IMG/VR virus record: IMGVR_UViG_3300027370_000004
Span: 1 to 63,636 of that record
Direction: 5' to 3' (one strand)
Length of the DNA: 63,636 bases
From: a virus
Taxonomy: Duplodnaviria; Caudoviricetes
The position numbers were made by a program, and so were the translations under genes. Below the pieces are notes generated by a model, which worked only from the letters and a program-made list of their open reading frames with translations, had not been told where the DNA came from and searched no databases. This document shows positions 8,912-18,536 of the stretch, one piece after another. The first letter of the stretch is position 1; each line of letters opens with the position of its first letter.

Positions 8912-10083
8912 TCCTTCTCCTCCTTGGCTGGCGCGGATGCCGCTATTACATCCTCTGTGATCTTGTCGATATCGTGCGTGATGTGGGCGAAGTCGGCTGG
9001 TGCGGACGCCAGAGCCTCAGCCAATCCGCAGGTGCATAAGTACGGCCCCTTGTAGGTGCTGCATCCGTCCAAATGCGCTCCGTACTTTCGCAGCGCCGCT
9101 TCCCGCTGATCGGCCAACGCCTTTTGCTCGTCATATAGCTCTTGGCGCACCCAACTTGCTACGCCCTCTATCCGCTGTCCGAAGCACATATCTTTCCCGC
9201 ATTTGTCCAGTTCCTTGCGGGCCTCGGCAAGCTCTGCACACACGCCAACATGGGCTGAGCCTAATGTCTCCAATCGCGTGCGGGCCTCGGCAAGCTCCCG
9301 CTCCGCCTTCTCGACACACTTCAGCAAACGATCTACCGCAGATGTAGCGAGTCCCAAAGAGGCTTTCGGAGTTGGGCATGATTTTCCTTCAATCATCTCG
9401 TACAGTACTTCATGTCCGCGCCAGCCGATGCGGTCATGCTCTCGGAGCAACACTATTTCGCGTGGCTCCCCTGTGGCGCTGGGCGATGCGTGACGCACTC
9501 CGTTGACCGCCGCAACTATCAGGCTGGCGTCAAATTCTGAGTGGCACTGGCAGACCGGGCGTTCTCCGGCGTAGACGTTCGTTCTTACTTTCCTGCCCAC
9601 TCGCCAATCCTCGTCGCCATACACGGTGCTGAGCGATGCGGAGAGAGCCTGTCGCAACTTCTGCGCCGCACGTCGATACGTGTCCGCCTTGGCAGAATGC
9701 CAGTGCTGGTTTATTTCCAGCTCGGCAGTGTCTGCCCGCCTAGAATTTTCCTCTGCGCGTTCCTCAAAATACGCTGGCAGTTTTTCAAGGGCGCTCCGTT
9801 CTGCTGGCCGGGGAGCCGCCTCTTTTAGTATGTTTCCGATAAGTACTTCCCCATCCGTTATCGTGGCAGCACCATTTCTCAAAACGCCGACGTACAGCGT
9901 CCGCAACTGCAAGGCTATCGCGTGAATTATTCCCTCCGGCTGTCCCTTCCCTGATTCGTAAGGTTTCGGATTGACACAATCGAGTTTCTGTGCGTGGCCA
10001 TATCTTGTGCCAGTTGCGCTCGTATGGTAATCGCATTTCACCATCGGCTCAATCTCCGTCTGTCCATTCCCCTTCGTCTCCAT
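8908..10083 (-). CDS. Mosaic hypothetical protein (Ead/Ea22-like modular type)
   Basis: Multiple short modules, coiled coil with a 19-nt duplicated ELAEAR segment, and a C-terminal H..GC...CTCGL motif. Confidence 0.6.
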   Translation of the reverse strand: METKGNGQTEIEPMVKCDYHTSATGTRYGHAQKLDCVNPKPYESGKGQPEGIIHAIALQLRTLYVGVLRNGAATITDGEVLIGNILKEAAPRPAERSALEKLPAYFEERAEENSRRADTAELEINQHWHSAKADTYRRAAQKLRQALSASLSTVYGDEDWRVGRKVRTNVYAGERPVCQCHSEFDASLIVAAVNGVRHASPSATGEPREIVLLREHDRIGWRGHEVLYEMIEGKSCPTPKASLGLATSAVDRLLKCVEKAERELAEARTRLETLGSAHVGVCAELAEARKELDKCGKDMCFGQRIEGVASWVRQELYDEQKALADQREAALRKYGAHLDGCSTYKGPYLCTCGLAEALASAPADFAHITHDIDKITEDVIAASAPAKEEKE

Positions 10084-10470
10084 GCTGCCTCCGTCGTTCC
10101 TCGTAATACTCCTCGTCGCTGTCCACTCCTATTTGATGGGCATACTTCTCGAAGAACTCCCTGTTCGATAATGAGCCGAATATCCGCTGTCCCTTCCGCT
10201 GTCCCTTCCCTGATTCAGTCATCGAAATATCCCTCACTCAATATCGTTGGTATCCGCCGCATTTCACGGCTCCGCTCTCAGCGGCCTGCTTACCGATGCG
10301 CTCAATATCATCAGCAGTCAGCACTCGCGCTTCAACCCAATCGCGGCATCGCTTGCCTTGGGGATGAGCGTCCGAAGTCTTGTGTGCCGTTTTGCAATAA
10401 CCCAGCTTGACATCCTGAGGCCATCCGCCATCAGTAGTTCGTTGTCCCTTCCCTGCCGCCCCGGTCTCAG

Positions 10471-11166
10471 TCATCGCGTTGGCTCCTGTGAAAGTTTGAA
10501 TTGTTCTCCGATGTAGCGGCTGTATGCAGGCGGCACGGCTTGCGTTAATTCTTCCCACGTCATCCAGTCGATGCCCATATCCCTTGGTGCTCGATCAAGC
10601 GTGCCGCGCAAAGTGTCTTTATTGCCGCGTTTCTTTGCCCTGAAAGCTTCGCGTCCCCATGCGCCATAGTAAGCCCGTACTTCTCGACCTGCGTGATCGC
10701 AACTACTTGGCGCTGAGATCGGAAAGTTGGCCTCGAATTTTCTATGCCGCCGGACTCCAAGATCGAACATTGATCCGCACAAAACTACTGGGTTCAGAAG
10801 AGGCGCACCAACAACGTTCTCAATTACAAACGGAAGTCCAGTCATTCTCAGATGTTCGCGTACCGGGCCTATCAACTTCGGGTGATTCTTGCCGCTAACC
10901 TTTCCCTGATTCGTATACGCTTGGCAGGGAGGACTCGCCCAGATAAAATCGAACTCATAAACACAGTAACAAAATCCCAAATACCACACCGCATCCGCTT
11001 GCACGAACGTAAATGGGTAATGCGGCTGCGATTCAATGTCCACACCTACAATCTCAGCGTCGGGGAATGCTTGGTGCAGCCCCATCGCCGCGCCGCCAGC
11101 CTTGCAGAAGAGATCAAGCACCCGCATGCTTCTCCGTCCCGCTCTCTCCCGCTTGTCAGCCATCAC
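10471..11166 (-). CDS. DNA cytosine-5 methyltransferase-like protein
   Basis: Motif I VLDLFCKAGG, catalytic WASPPCQ, IENV and RHRKFE. Confidence 0.8.
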   Translation of the reverse strand: MMADKRERAGRRSMRVLDLFCKAGGAAMGLHQAFPDAEIVGVDIESQPHYPFTFVQADAVWYLGFCYCVYEFDFIWASPPCQAYTNQGKVSGKNHPKLIGPVREHLRMTGLPFVIENVVGAPLLNPVVLCGSMFDLGVRRHRKFEANFPISAPSSCDHAGREVRAYYGAWGREAFRAKKRGNKDTLRGTLDRAPRDMGIDWMTWEELTQAVPPAYSRYIGEQFKLSQEPTR

Positions 11167-11375
11167 GCCCGCCCTCTTCTGCGCTGTTTCGGCGGGTCAA
11201 TACCGAGCACCCACGCCAGCGTTCGGGCTTGCGTTTCTAGCACCGTCTGAATAAGCGCCAGCGGGGCATTCGTCTCGATAATTGCGGGCGGATAGTGATA
11301 GCGCGGGTCGGCATCAACCTCGGCCATCCGGGCCTCGATTTCCGCTTGCGTCTTCATTGTTTTGTCAGCCATCAT
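11163..11375 (-). CDS. Hypothetical protein
   Basis: Coupled ORF; ETNAPLALIQ motif. Confidence 0.55.
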   Translation of the reverse strand: MMADKTMKTQAEIEARMAEVDADPRYHYPPAIIETNAPLALIQTVLETQARTLAWVLGIDPPKQRRRGRA

Positions 11376-11587
11376 GCCCCTCGCTTGTTAATGCCGTCGA
11401 TGCAGTGCCAAGGAATGAACTGAGTGCCATCGTCAGTCCACATGCCGGAATTCTGTACCGCGCGTTGAACATACTCGGCGGCTTGCGCTTCGTTTGCGAA
11501 CGTCATTGATAGCACGTCGCTATCGCCGCGGCGATAGAGAAACCAAATATCGAGCGTAACCTTCATCGGCGTCTTGTTCTCATCCAC
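11372..11587 (-). CDS. Hypothetical protein
   Basis: Coupled ORF with RBS. Confidence 0.55.
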   Translation of the reverse strand: MDENKTPMKVTLDIWFLYRRGDSDVLSMTFANEAQAAEYVQRAVQNSGMWTDDGTQFIPWHCIDGINKRGA

Positions 11588-11590
11588 GGT

Positions 11591-11797
11591 CTACTCTCCT
11601 CTCTGGGCCTTTAGCGCCATTTTCGCCAGATTTATGACGTACTCGACCTGATATCCGCGTAGCGCCTTCGCCCGCTTAACTCCCGGCGCTTCTAACAGCC
11701 ACAAACAACGCGCAAGAGCATCAACTAATTTCGCATGTGGTTCCTTCGGTACGGGAACTACCCCGCGCTCATAAACTTCGTAATCCTCATGGCTCAC
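11591..11797 (-). CDS. Hypothetical protein
   Basis: ORF with GAGG RBS in operon. Confidence 0.5.
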   Translation of the reverse strand: MSHEDYEVYERGVVPVPKEPHAKLVDALARCLWLLEAPGVKRAKALRGYQVEYVINLAKMALKAQRGE

Positions 11798-11821
11798 GAT
11801 TTTCTTCCTCGCTTCCCGGAG

Positions 11822-12049
11822 TCAGCCACGGTCAGCCTCCCCGCGTGCGATATTTTCCAATATGACTGAAATCCTCTGCTCGGGCGTTGGATGGAGGTTC
11901 TGTCGGAATCCGCACCATCGACACCAGCGTTGGTAGTTGCGGCCATCTTCGCTAGGAGGACTCAGCGGGCCGATTACTGGCGCATAGTGCCAATCGAAGC
12001 GATGCGCCAACTTCATTAGCGAGCGGTAGAGATATCCTCGAATGCTCAC
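11822..12049 (-). CDS. Hypothetical protein with CxxC
   Basis: ORF with GGAGG RBS in operon. Confidence 0.5.
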   Translation of the reverse strand: MSIRGYLYRSLMKLAHRFDWHYAPVIGPLSPPSEDGRNYQRWCRWCGFRQNLHPTPEQRISVILENIARGEADRG

Positions 12050-12355
12050 TTTGCTTCCTCCCTGTCATGCCAAGCATGAATACGTGCGGACGGGCCTTGA
12101 TATCCGGCTACAGAGGATTAGGCTGCTTAATTACCGAGCGCATTTTGACGCCCAGCCCCGTAGCTATTTCGGCAGATGCCTATAGCATTCCGCCCCTCCG
12201 CATCATTGCCCTCTTCGCGTCCTTCCGCGATGCCGCACGTTTACACTTTCCAGAATTTAAGGTCGCCCCACCACGCGTACCGCAAACCAGCCAGGAAGCC
12301 AATGGCTAATCCTGCCAAGCCGCCGATAAACGCCATCGCAAATTCTCTCAGCATG

Positions 12356-12577
12356 TCATTGCCTCCGCCAATCAAGGAGCCAAACTAGTCTTGGACTTCT
12401 AGCATCCGGACTGTTAGCAAGCCCGCCCTCAATTTCAATCGCCACGCGCCCCCTCTCGTTCCACGCCAAATAATCGAAGCGCCACTTACGTGCGGGATGG
12501 AACCAGTGCTCCGGTATCCACGAAAACCCCAGTTCTTCCAAGTGTTTGGTCAGGAGGATGCCCGCTTCGTTCTTTAC
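12356..12577 (-). pseudogene. PD-(D/E)xK endonuclease (Vsr/DUF559-like), apparently C-terminally truncated
   Basis: EHWFHPARKWRFDYLAW...VAIEIEGG is present, but the usual continuation (GRH.RG...D.EKYN...GW.V) is absent. Confidence 0.5.
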
Positions 12578-12596
12578 TAAGCCTTTCGCCACTGGT

Positions 12597-12926
12597 TTAC
12601 TCTTTCTCCCAGAGTCTATGCAGATCGTTGATTTCGTCCGCGCCCTCGGTAATAGAAAAAGCCAGCATTCGCTCGATATCCAGCACGAATACGCGACCGA
12701 CAGTCCGCGCCTCTTTCGCATTGTGCGAACGCACTGCACGCATGTTTTCGAGGTCTTGATACGCAGCAAGGTATCTTTCCTTGTGCCGCTTCGATGCTTG
12801 GACCCCCGCCCACGTCTGGACCCAAGTACACCAGAAAATCTTCCCTTGGTGCATCTCTACCACAAGCCAGTTCCCTCGCGGGCTGCGCCGTGTGGCCTTT
12901 TTGGTGCTTACTAAGCCTTCGCTCAC
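12597..12926 (-). CDS. Hypothetical protein
   Basis: AGGAGA RBS; in operon. Confidence 0.5.
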   Translation of the reverse strand: MSEGLVSTKKATRRSPRGNWLVVEMHQGKIFWCTWVQTWAGVQASKRHKERYLAAYQDLENMRAVRSHNAKEARTVGRVFVLDIERMLAFSITEGADEINDLHRLWEKE

Positions 12927-13404
12927 AAACTCAGTCTCCTGCTTCTATTTGATGACGGCACACGTGAGCCGTTTCGAGCCTTACAGGAATTCTTCGCCTT
13001 CCGGAAGTTTTTCTACCTGCGTCCACGCGAGAAGGCTTTGGGGCATGATGCCCATAAACTTCTCGAATCGGTCATTGGCGGCTTGGAAATCTTCCGCTTC
13101 GATATACAACGTGTCGCCTTCTGCTTCAACTTTCCAAATTTGCATACCCCCCTCCTCGGTTGAGATTCACCCGCGCCCCCAACGTGCCCCTACAGGAATC
13201 TACGCCGATCATCCGCGGAAACTTCGATTCCGGCCCGTTCCAGCAATTCGTAAATTAGGCTAAGTGCGATATTGCACGCGGCCCCTTCGCAATGTTCGCG
13301 GTGTTGGTCCGCAAGTCGTAGTGCGTTATCGAGAAGTAATTTTTCCTTGGCTATCATCAACGGCATAATTTTTCCTTTTCCCTTCCCTCGGTTCCCCCTG
13401 AGAC

Positions 13405-13584
13405 TTACTCGGATTCAAGTGACTCTTTGCACGCGCGGAGATTCGGAAAAAGTTCACCGCCAAAGTTCTGACCCTTAGGCCAGTAGCGCCAAACGCCCCG
13501 CTCACTACGAATATCGCCCGTCCGTTTTCCATCCACGTAGACCGGAATCCCAGTTAGCGTGTTCAGCCCGTATTCGATCCCCAT
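13405..13584 (-). CDS. Hypothetical protein
   Basis: MGIEYG...GELFPNLRACKESLE; RBS lies within a repeated intergenic element. Confidence 0.55.
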   Translation of the reverse strand: MGIEYGLNTLTGIPVYVDGKRTGDIRSERGVWRYWPKGQNFGGELFPNLRACKESLESE

Positions 13585-13640
13585 AACCTTCCCTCTCCGG
13601 TTGAGATTCACTGCCCGTCTACCGCTGTCACTCGGACGGG

Positions 13641-13940
13641 CTACAGTTGCACAGCAGCGTGATTGGCTTCGTATCTGCGTCGAATAGGCCGCTCACGTTG
13701 TTCTTCCTCGATAAACGGGAGCAAGCCCTTCGCCATGTCATAGCGCCCGAACCAGCAATTAGCCGAAGTTGCTCGACTGCAAGCCTTTGAAAGAACGGCC
13801 AGTTCGTCATCTGTCAGAGCCTTCATTTCTTCGATTATGCCTTCTGCGAGACGATCCAAAACCGCACTACCTGCACCACGCTCCGAAGCTGCTTTAGAAA
13901 ACCATGCGCTCATTATGTCCTCCGTTGAATCTCCGGTCAC
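13641..13940 (-). CDS. Hypothetical protein
   Basis: ORF in operon; the start may be 13913. Confidence 0.5.
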   Translation of the reverse strand: MTGDSTEDIMSAWFSKAASERGAGSAVLDRLAEGIIEEMKALTDDELAVLSKACSRATSANCWFGRYDMAKGLLPFIEEEQRERPIRRRYEANHAAVQL

Positions 13941-13958
13941 TGCCCGTCTACCGCACCC

Positions 13959-14498
13959 CTATCGGCCTTCTCTGCGAAGTTGCTCAAAAAACTCATCCGA
14001 AGGCATCTTGAGTTCAGGATTAACCTCGCGCAATTCGTGGGAGCCAGAAACTACCAACTGATAGGTGGCAAGCGCTTGATGTATAACCTTCGCTGGACGC
14101 AGCTCCTGTTTGGCGGAGATTTCGGAGATAACAAGTTTCTCTTTCTCCGAAAATTCCAGGCCTATGTCGTCTGTAGCGGGTACTGCCGCCACCTTGCCTT
14201 TGGTGGGGATCAACTTGCGGATGAACTCATCGTTGCCGAAATACATGTTGAGCGTGCCTGTCTTCTTCTCTAGCTCGAATACATGACCGCGTTCACACCA
14301 AAAGATAAAATCGTTGGTCGATAGCGGCTCAGAGCACTTTGGACACGCGAACTTGAGTGCATGCTCTAGCTGTTGAATGCAGGTAGTGCGGTAAGCGCCC
14401 TCGTTCTCTGGCATGCGCCGCAGACACTCCAACGCATCCTTTGCGGATTCGTACAGCGATGGCCAAATTCGTTCTAAATTCTTGTTCGTGTGCGTCAT
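13959..14498 (-). CDS. Hypothetical protein with CPKC zinc ribbon
   Basis: GAAAGGAA RBS; CPKC...WCERGH. Confidence 0.6.
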   Translation of the reverse strand: MTHTNKNLERIWPSLYESAKDALECLRRMPENEGAYRTTCIQQLEHALKFACPKCSEPLSTNDFIFWCERGHVFELEKKTGTLNMYFGNDEFIRKLIPTKGKVAAVPATDDIGLEFSEKEKLVISEISAKQELRPAKVIHQALATYQLVVSGSHELREVNPELKMPSDEFFEQLRREGR

Positions 14499-14519
14499 AT
14501 ATTCCTTTCTGACCCTCGG

Positions 14520-14780
14520 TTACGTGAGAAGTTCGTCTACCAGTTCGCCCTGCCAACCTGTCGCGGCATTGCCGAGAATCGCCACGTTGTAAACGATGCT
14601 GCCATCGCTGAGGCACTCCGCTTCTAGCGCGATCCGGCCTTCTGTGTGGATCACGTCCGCAATCTGGTTGCTCACAAGTTCGGCCTTGGCAATCGCCAGT
14701 TTCAAATCCTCTAGCGTGTTAAAGTAATCCGCGAACATCTTGCGGTGCTCACCCGGCTTCATGTTCAAATCGTTTCGCAT
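14520..14780 (-). CDS. Hypothetical protein
   Basis: GAAAGGAA RBS before ATG 14780. Confidence 0.55.
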   Translation of the reverse strand: MRNDLNMKPGEHRKMFADYFNTLEDLKLAIAKAELVSNQIADVIHTEGRIALEAECLSDGSIVYNVAILGNAATGWQGELVDELLT

Positions 14781-14802
14781 ATGTTCCTTTCTGACTGCCC
14801 CC

Positions 14803-15114
14803 TCACAGGACTCTCCGGCTGCCAACTTGTTGATTGCAAATAGCATGAGCCGCGCAGTTCATCGGATTTCCGTGTTCGTCTACGATGCGGTCGTCCTGTT
14901 TTCCCGCGCCGCGCTTGTTGACGTGCTCGAAGGTCATGTCGAATATCTGCATTAACTTGCCGGGGGTCAGGCAATGCCCCGATTCCTCGAAGCCGCATAC
15001 ACCAAACTGCCGCGCTGCCATCGCGACCGTTCTCCGTGAATATTCTTCCCGGACCGCCTTATTGCTTTGGCAGACCTCGCGGCCTGTATCAAAGTATCGT
15101 CGCACTCCCAGCAT
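14803..15114 (-). CDS. HNH-fold nuclease (NinG/Ref-like)
   Basis: TFEH...GAG..DDRI...NCAAHAICNQQVGS pattern. Confidence 0.55.
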   Translation of the reverse strand: MLGVRRYFDTGREVCQSNKAVREEYSRRTVAMAARQFGVCGFEESGHCLTPGKLMQIFDMTFEHVNKRGAGKQDDRIVDEHGNPMNCAAHAICNQQVGSRRVL

Positions 15115-15248
15115 TGATCGACTTCGCCTTTATCCACGAGAGACCAGAATCGCTCGACCTTTTCCGTATGATTCAACCATCGGAACGCTTTCCCTTTGTA
15201 GGTAGTTCCGTTTCCAGTCTGCGATCTCTTGAGGGGTGAACGCTTCAC
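14967..15248 (-). pseudogene. Basic N-terminus fused to an HNH endonuclease remnant
   Basis: MKRSPLKR followed by ERFWSLVDKGEVDQCWE, with no HNH core after it. Confidence 0.45.
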
Positions 15249-15259
15249 GATTTAGAGAC

Positions 15260-15304
15260 AGTATACGAATTTACTTGACGTGTCAACTAAAATAAGCGTA
15301 CAGT
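15260..15304. promoter_or_regulatory. Divergent early promoters with palindrome TTGAC-GT-GTCAA
   Basis: + strand TTGACG(15275)-18-TACAGT(15299); - strand TTGACA(15286)-15-TATACT(15265). Located at the strand switch. Confidence 0.65.
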
Positions 15305-15311
15305 GCTTTTC

Positions 15312-15527
15312 ATGACGCACGAACAAATGGTTGAGGTTCTAAAGAAGCATCAGGGAACATTGAGTTTGCGGCAATTCGCAGAGAAGATTGGATTCTCCGC
15401 CGCCTACGTATCCGATATTATGCGGGGCAACAGACAGGCTGGGCGCGGAATTCTCAAGAAGGTCGGCATGACCAAAACGGTGACTGTCTCGGTCAGCTAC
15501 CAGCAATCCAACGGGAGGACGCGATGA
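15312..15527 (+). CDS. Cro/XRE-family HTH regulator (probably leaderless)
   Basis: SLRQFAEKIGFSAAYVSDIMRGNR HTH. ATG lies 7 nt after the -10. Confidence 0.85.
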   Translation: MTHEQMVEVLKKHQGTLSLRQFAEKIGFSAAYVSDIMRGNRQAGRGILKKVGMTKTVTVSVSYQQSNGRTR

Positions 15528-15757
15528 TCGACCAAGTTTATGACGGCCATCTTCTCGACGGACTCGCCGCAATGGTGGATGCGCGCCTGAACCAACAGCA
15601 GGAAGCGGACTACCTCGCGGGCAACATGCTTCGGCGCGATCCGTGGGAGATTTTGTTGCGGGCGAAGTACAGATTGGCGGAGTTGGGGATGGGTATGGAA
15701 GAAGCCGACATGCAGGCATTCCGAAAGCTGGACGAGATTCAGAGTTCTTTGGTATGA
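15524..15757 (+). CDS. Hypothetical protein
   Basis: GGGAGG RBS, coupled to the HTH gene. Confidence 0.6.
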   Translation: MIDQVYDGHLLDGLAAMVDARLNQQQEADYLAGNMLRRDPWEILLRAKYRLAELGMGMEEADMQAFRKLDEIQSSLV

Positions 15758-15779
15758 CTGCGCGAAGAAGGAACAGCGA

Positions 15780-16055
15780 ATGAGTAAAAAGAAAGTCGAA
15801 TCTGGCTTTAACGGCTTACAGGCAGCCATAACTGCGGCGTGCGGCGAAATGGACCGCCTGCGAAAAGTGCGGAAGGAAGCACTGGAAGCAATCGCTGGTT
15901 ACAGTGACGAGCGCATGGTGCGCTTTATCATGGAAAATCCGCCTGAGATGGTCGCGATTCGCGGCAAAGAATTGGAGGAGTGGGCTTACGATCTTACGAT
16001 GGGAGAGTTGCGAATGATGGTGGCAATCGCCGCCTTAGGCAAGGAGGGCGAATAA
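15780..16055 (+). CDS. Hypothetical protein
   Basis: AAGGA RBS; in operon. Confidence 0.55.
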   Translation: MSKKKVESGFNGLQAAITAACGEMDRLRKVRKEALEAIAGYSDERMVRFIMENPPEMVAIRGKELEEWAYDLTMGELRMMVAIAALGKEGE

Positions 16056-16904
16056 TCCGCGACTACTGGCTATGGCTGGCCGTGCTGTTGGTTATTGCGT
16101 TCTGTTTTGTGACGCTTTATTTCATGCCGAGAATGCCGTACTGAAAGGATTTATGAGCGAAACGCACGTGGAATATTACTGCCAAGATTGCGGCTTCGTA
16201 ACGCACGACGGTTATCAAGCGGAGGAGCACAACCGTGTCACGGATCACTGCATGGATGAGCGTACGCGCACGGATGCAGCGTGTGAATGCGATCTCAAAG
16301 ATTTCGATTGAAAGGACTTATGCCCCACGACTTTGACGATCTGGTAGAGATGGACGAGAACGAGCCAGTGCCAGAACTGAGTTTCCGCAGCTTCGTGATT
16401 GCGCTGGTTGTCTGTGCGGCGGCGGTAGGCGGGCTTCTGAGCTTACTGGCGAGGTTTCATAAATAATTCTGTCGGCTTGGAGGTGGCTATGGCATGGAGG
16501 GGGTCGGATTGGTTCCTCTACTACATCATTGTGGGAATGATAAATTTCGCTATTTACTGTGCGTGGGGCACTATATTTTGCTTGTTCGTGGCAGTGTTCG
16601 CCGTGACCTTCGCTTTCATTCCTCGGAGGGACCTATGAAACTTACTGAATCTCAGGTGGAAGAACTGTGGAAAACTGGCCTTCTTTGAAGCTTATTCGTC
16701 ATCCCGGAAACAAAATGTACAGACCCGGAGAGTTCGTGCCGTTAAGCAAGAATCAGGCTGTGCGGATCATGCTGGAGAAATCTGCGCTGGACAAAGAGAA
16801 CGTGCCGTTACTTCGCGGCCTTCTCTGGTTGGCAAGGAGGGTAATCCGATGAGCTACTCCGAGAAGGACGGGCAGGTGATCCTCACCCTGAGCCGGGAGG
16901 AACG

Positions 16905-17981
16905 ATGAGCGTGAACACTTTAGGACATGCAGTCAATCAGAGCACCGGTGAAACGGTCGCGCAGTTTTTCGGCCCGCCGAACGCTTTCTCGAATGAGGGC
17001 GATGTGCTTTCCCGGTGTCTCTATCACTTGTCTGAAGTTATCATTCGCGGCATTCAGCCTGACAAGCGCGGCGGGTTCCTTGGTGGGGAGTTTGGGTACG
17101 GAGCCGACTACGAAAACGACGTATTCCTCATGCACCCAGATTATCAGGACGTGGAATGCGATTGCGGAGTTTCTAAACTAAGGGAAAGGTGGGATCGGCA
17201 CGGCGGATGCGTTAAAACGTGTTTCAGTCGTCTCTGCTTGAAAGCGCGCAAGGACGCGGAAAAGCCGTATCGCGCAATTATTGATTGGCTTTGTTGGGGG
17301 CGGAACCAACTCCCGTGGCTCAGCAAGGAAACGGAGTCGTGGCAGCGCCAGATTGAATCATTCAGCAAGCAGGAGCGTGCTGCCGAGGCTAAAGCACAAG
17401 CCGATCTCGCAAAGCAGATGGGGGTCGGAGGCGGCGATGCTTGGGCGTGTACTTGCGGCGGCAAAGAGCGCTGGGCCAAGTGGCGGGAACTGCATCCGCA
17501 CGCCGAACGTTGCGCGATTATGCTCCCGAACTTCTGGTACAAACCGAACGGACTGAGGATTACTTGGTACAAGTGGATCGGACGCGATATGAAAATGAAG
17601 CCAGCGACGATCAGCGGCGAGGAGTGGGGCAATCTCTTTCACGAATGCCTCAATTCTCTGCCACCAGATGCGGTTAGTAAGGCTAAAACGGAGGCCGAAG
17701 CCGAACACGTTGAGAGCAACGGGCCGGAATATAAGGAAGCTCAGCAGGCGGGCATGGCTCGGATGATGGAAGTCCTTAGCGCCCCGGAGTCGCATGGAGC
17801 ACCCCCGGAAAAGCGCGTCTGCAACACTTGTAAGAAAGTAGAATTCGGCCCTCCAAGTTGGAGCACTCCGCTCTTTTGGGAATGCGATGATTGCCAGAAG
17901 AAACGCGGCGCGGCGATCAAGAGAAAAGCTATGAAAGCCGCGAGAGAACTAGGAATAGTCTTAAATGTGGTGACCGCCTGA
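16905..17981 (+). CDS. Cys-rich hypothetical protein (358 aa)
   Basis: GGAGG RBS; CDCG, CTCG, PNFWYKP...WYKWIGRDM, and a CxxC...CxxC C-terminus. Confidence 0.7.
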   Translation: MSVNTLGHAVNQSTGETVAQFFGPPNAFSNEGDVLSRCLYHLSEVIIRGIQPDKRGGFLGGEFGYGADYENDVFLMHPDYQDVECDCGVSKLRERWDRHGGCVKTCFSRLCLKARKDAEKPYRAIIDWLCWGRNQLPWLSKETESWQRQIESFSKQERAAEAKAQADLAKQMGVGGGDAWACTCGGKERWAKWRELHPHAERCAIMLPNFWYKPNGLRITWYKWIGRDMKMKPATISGEEWGNLFHECLNSLPPDAVSKAKTEAEAEHVESNGPEYKEAQQAGMARMMEVLSAPESHGAPPEKRVCNTCKKVEFGPPSWSTPLFWECDDCQKKRGAAIKRKAMKAARELGIVLNVVTA

Positions 17982-18026
17982 ACGCGGGCAACCCCAACTA
18001 CACGCCGTACCGGGTGGAGGAAAAAC

Positions 18027-18302
18027 GTGGATAGAGATGAAGGGCTTTTAGAAATAGTGCGCGCGCTTTACTGCAATCTTGCGGTTATCATGGATCAGAT
18101 AGATTCATGCGGGCCAACCGAGATGATTGGCGCGGCTTTCGATGGGCGTGAACTGGAAACGGCTCGACACTTGATCGCGCAACACCGTGAGCTTGTCTAC
18201 GGAAAATATCTTAGCCCCTCACCCCATTGCACACCCAATGCGGGCAACCCCAATTACGCGCGCCAAATCACTGAAAGGAATAGCCGTGCACAACGAGACT
18301 AG
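18027..18302 (+). CDS. Hypothetical protein
   Basis: GGAGG RBS, GTG start. Confidence 0.5.
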   Translation: MDRDEGLLEIVRALYCNLAVIMDQIDSCGPTEMIGAAFDGRELETARHLIAQHRELVYGKYLSPSPHCTPNAGNPNYARQITERNSRAQRD

Positions 18303-18536
18303 AAAATCTATCGAGGAGTTGCAGAGCGCGGTAAACGCTCTAGGCGGGGCTTTTGAAGCATTCAACCGCGACAGAGAAAACAATCCGCAGTTCATCGACC
18401 TAGCGGGTAGCGTGGGTGCAGTCGAAGGCTGCATGCGGGCGCTGCAAACCGCCATAGCGATTTACGATCCGCCCGAGCCGCTTTATGCCAACGAAAAAAT
18501 GCAGGACGCGGCGATCCGCAGAATGGACGAAGGGCA

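Noticed and set aside
9216-9297. 19-nt direct repeat TGCGGGCCTCGGCAAGCTC as a regulatory or att site
   Set aside because: Both copies are in frame and encode ELAEAR in a coiled coil, so this is an ordinary internal duplication.
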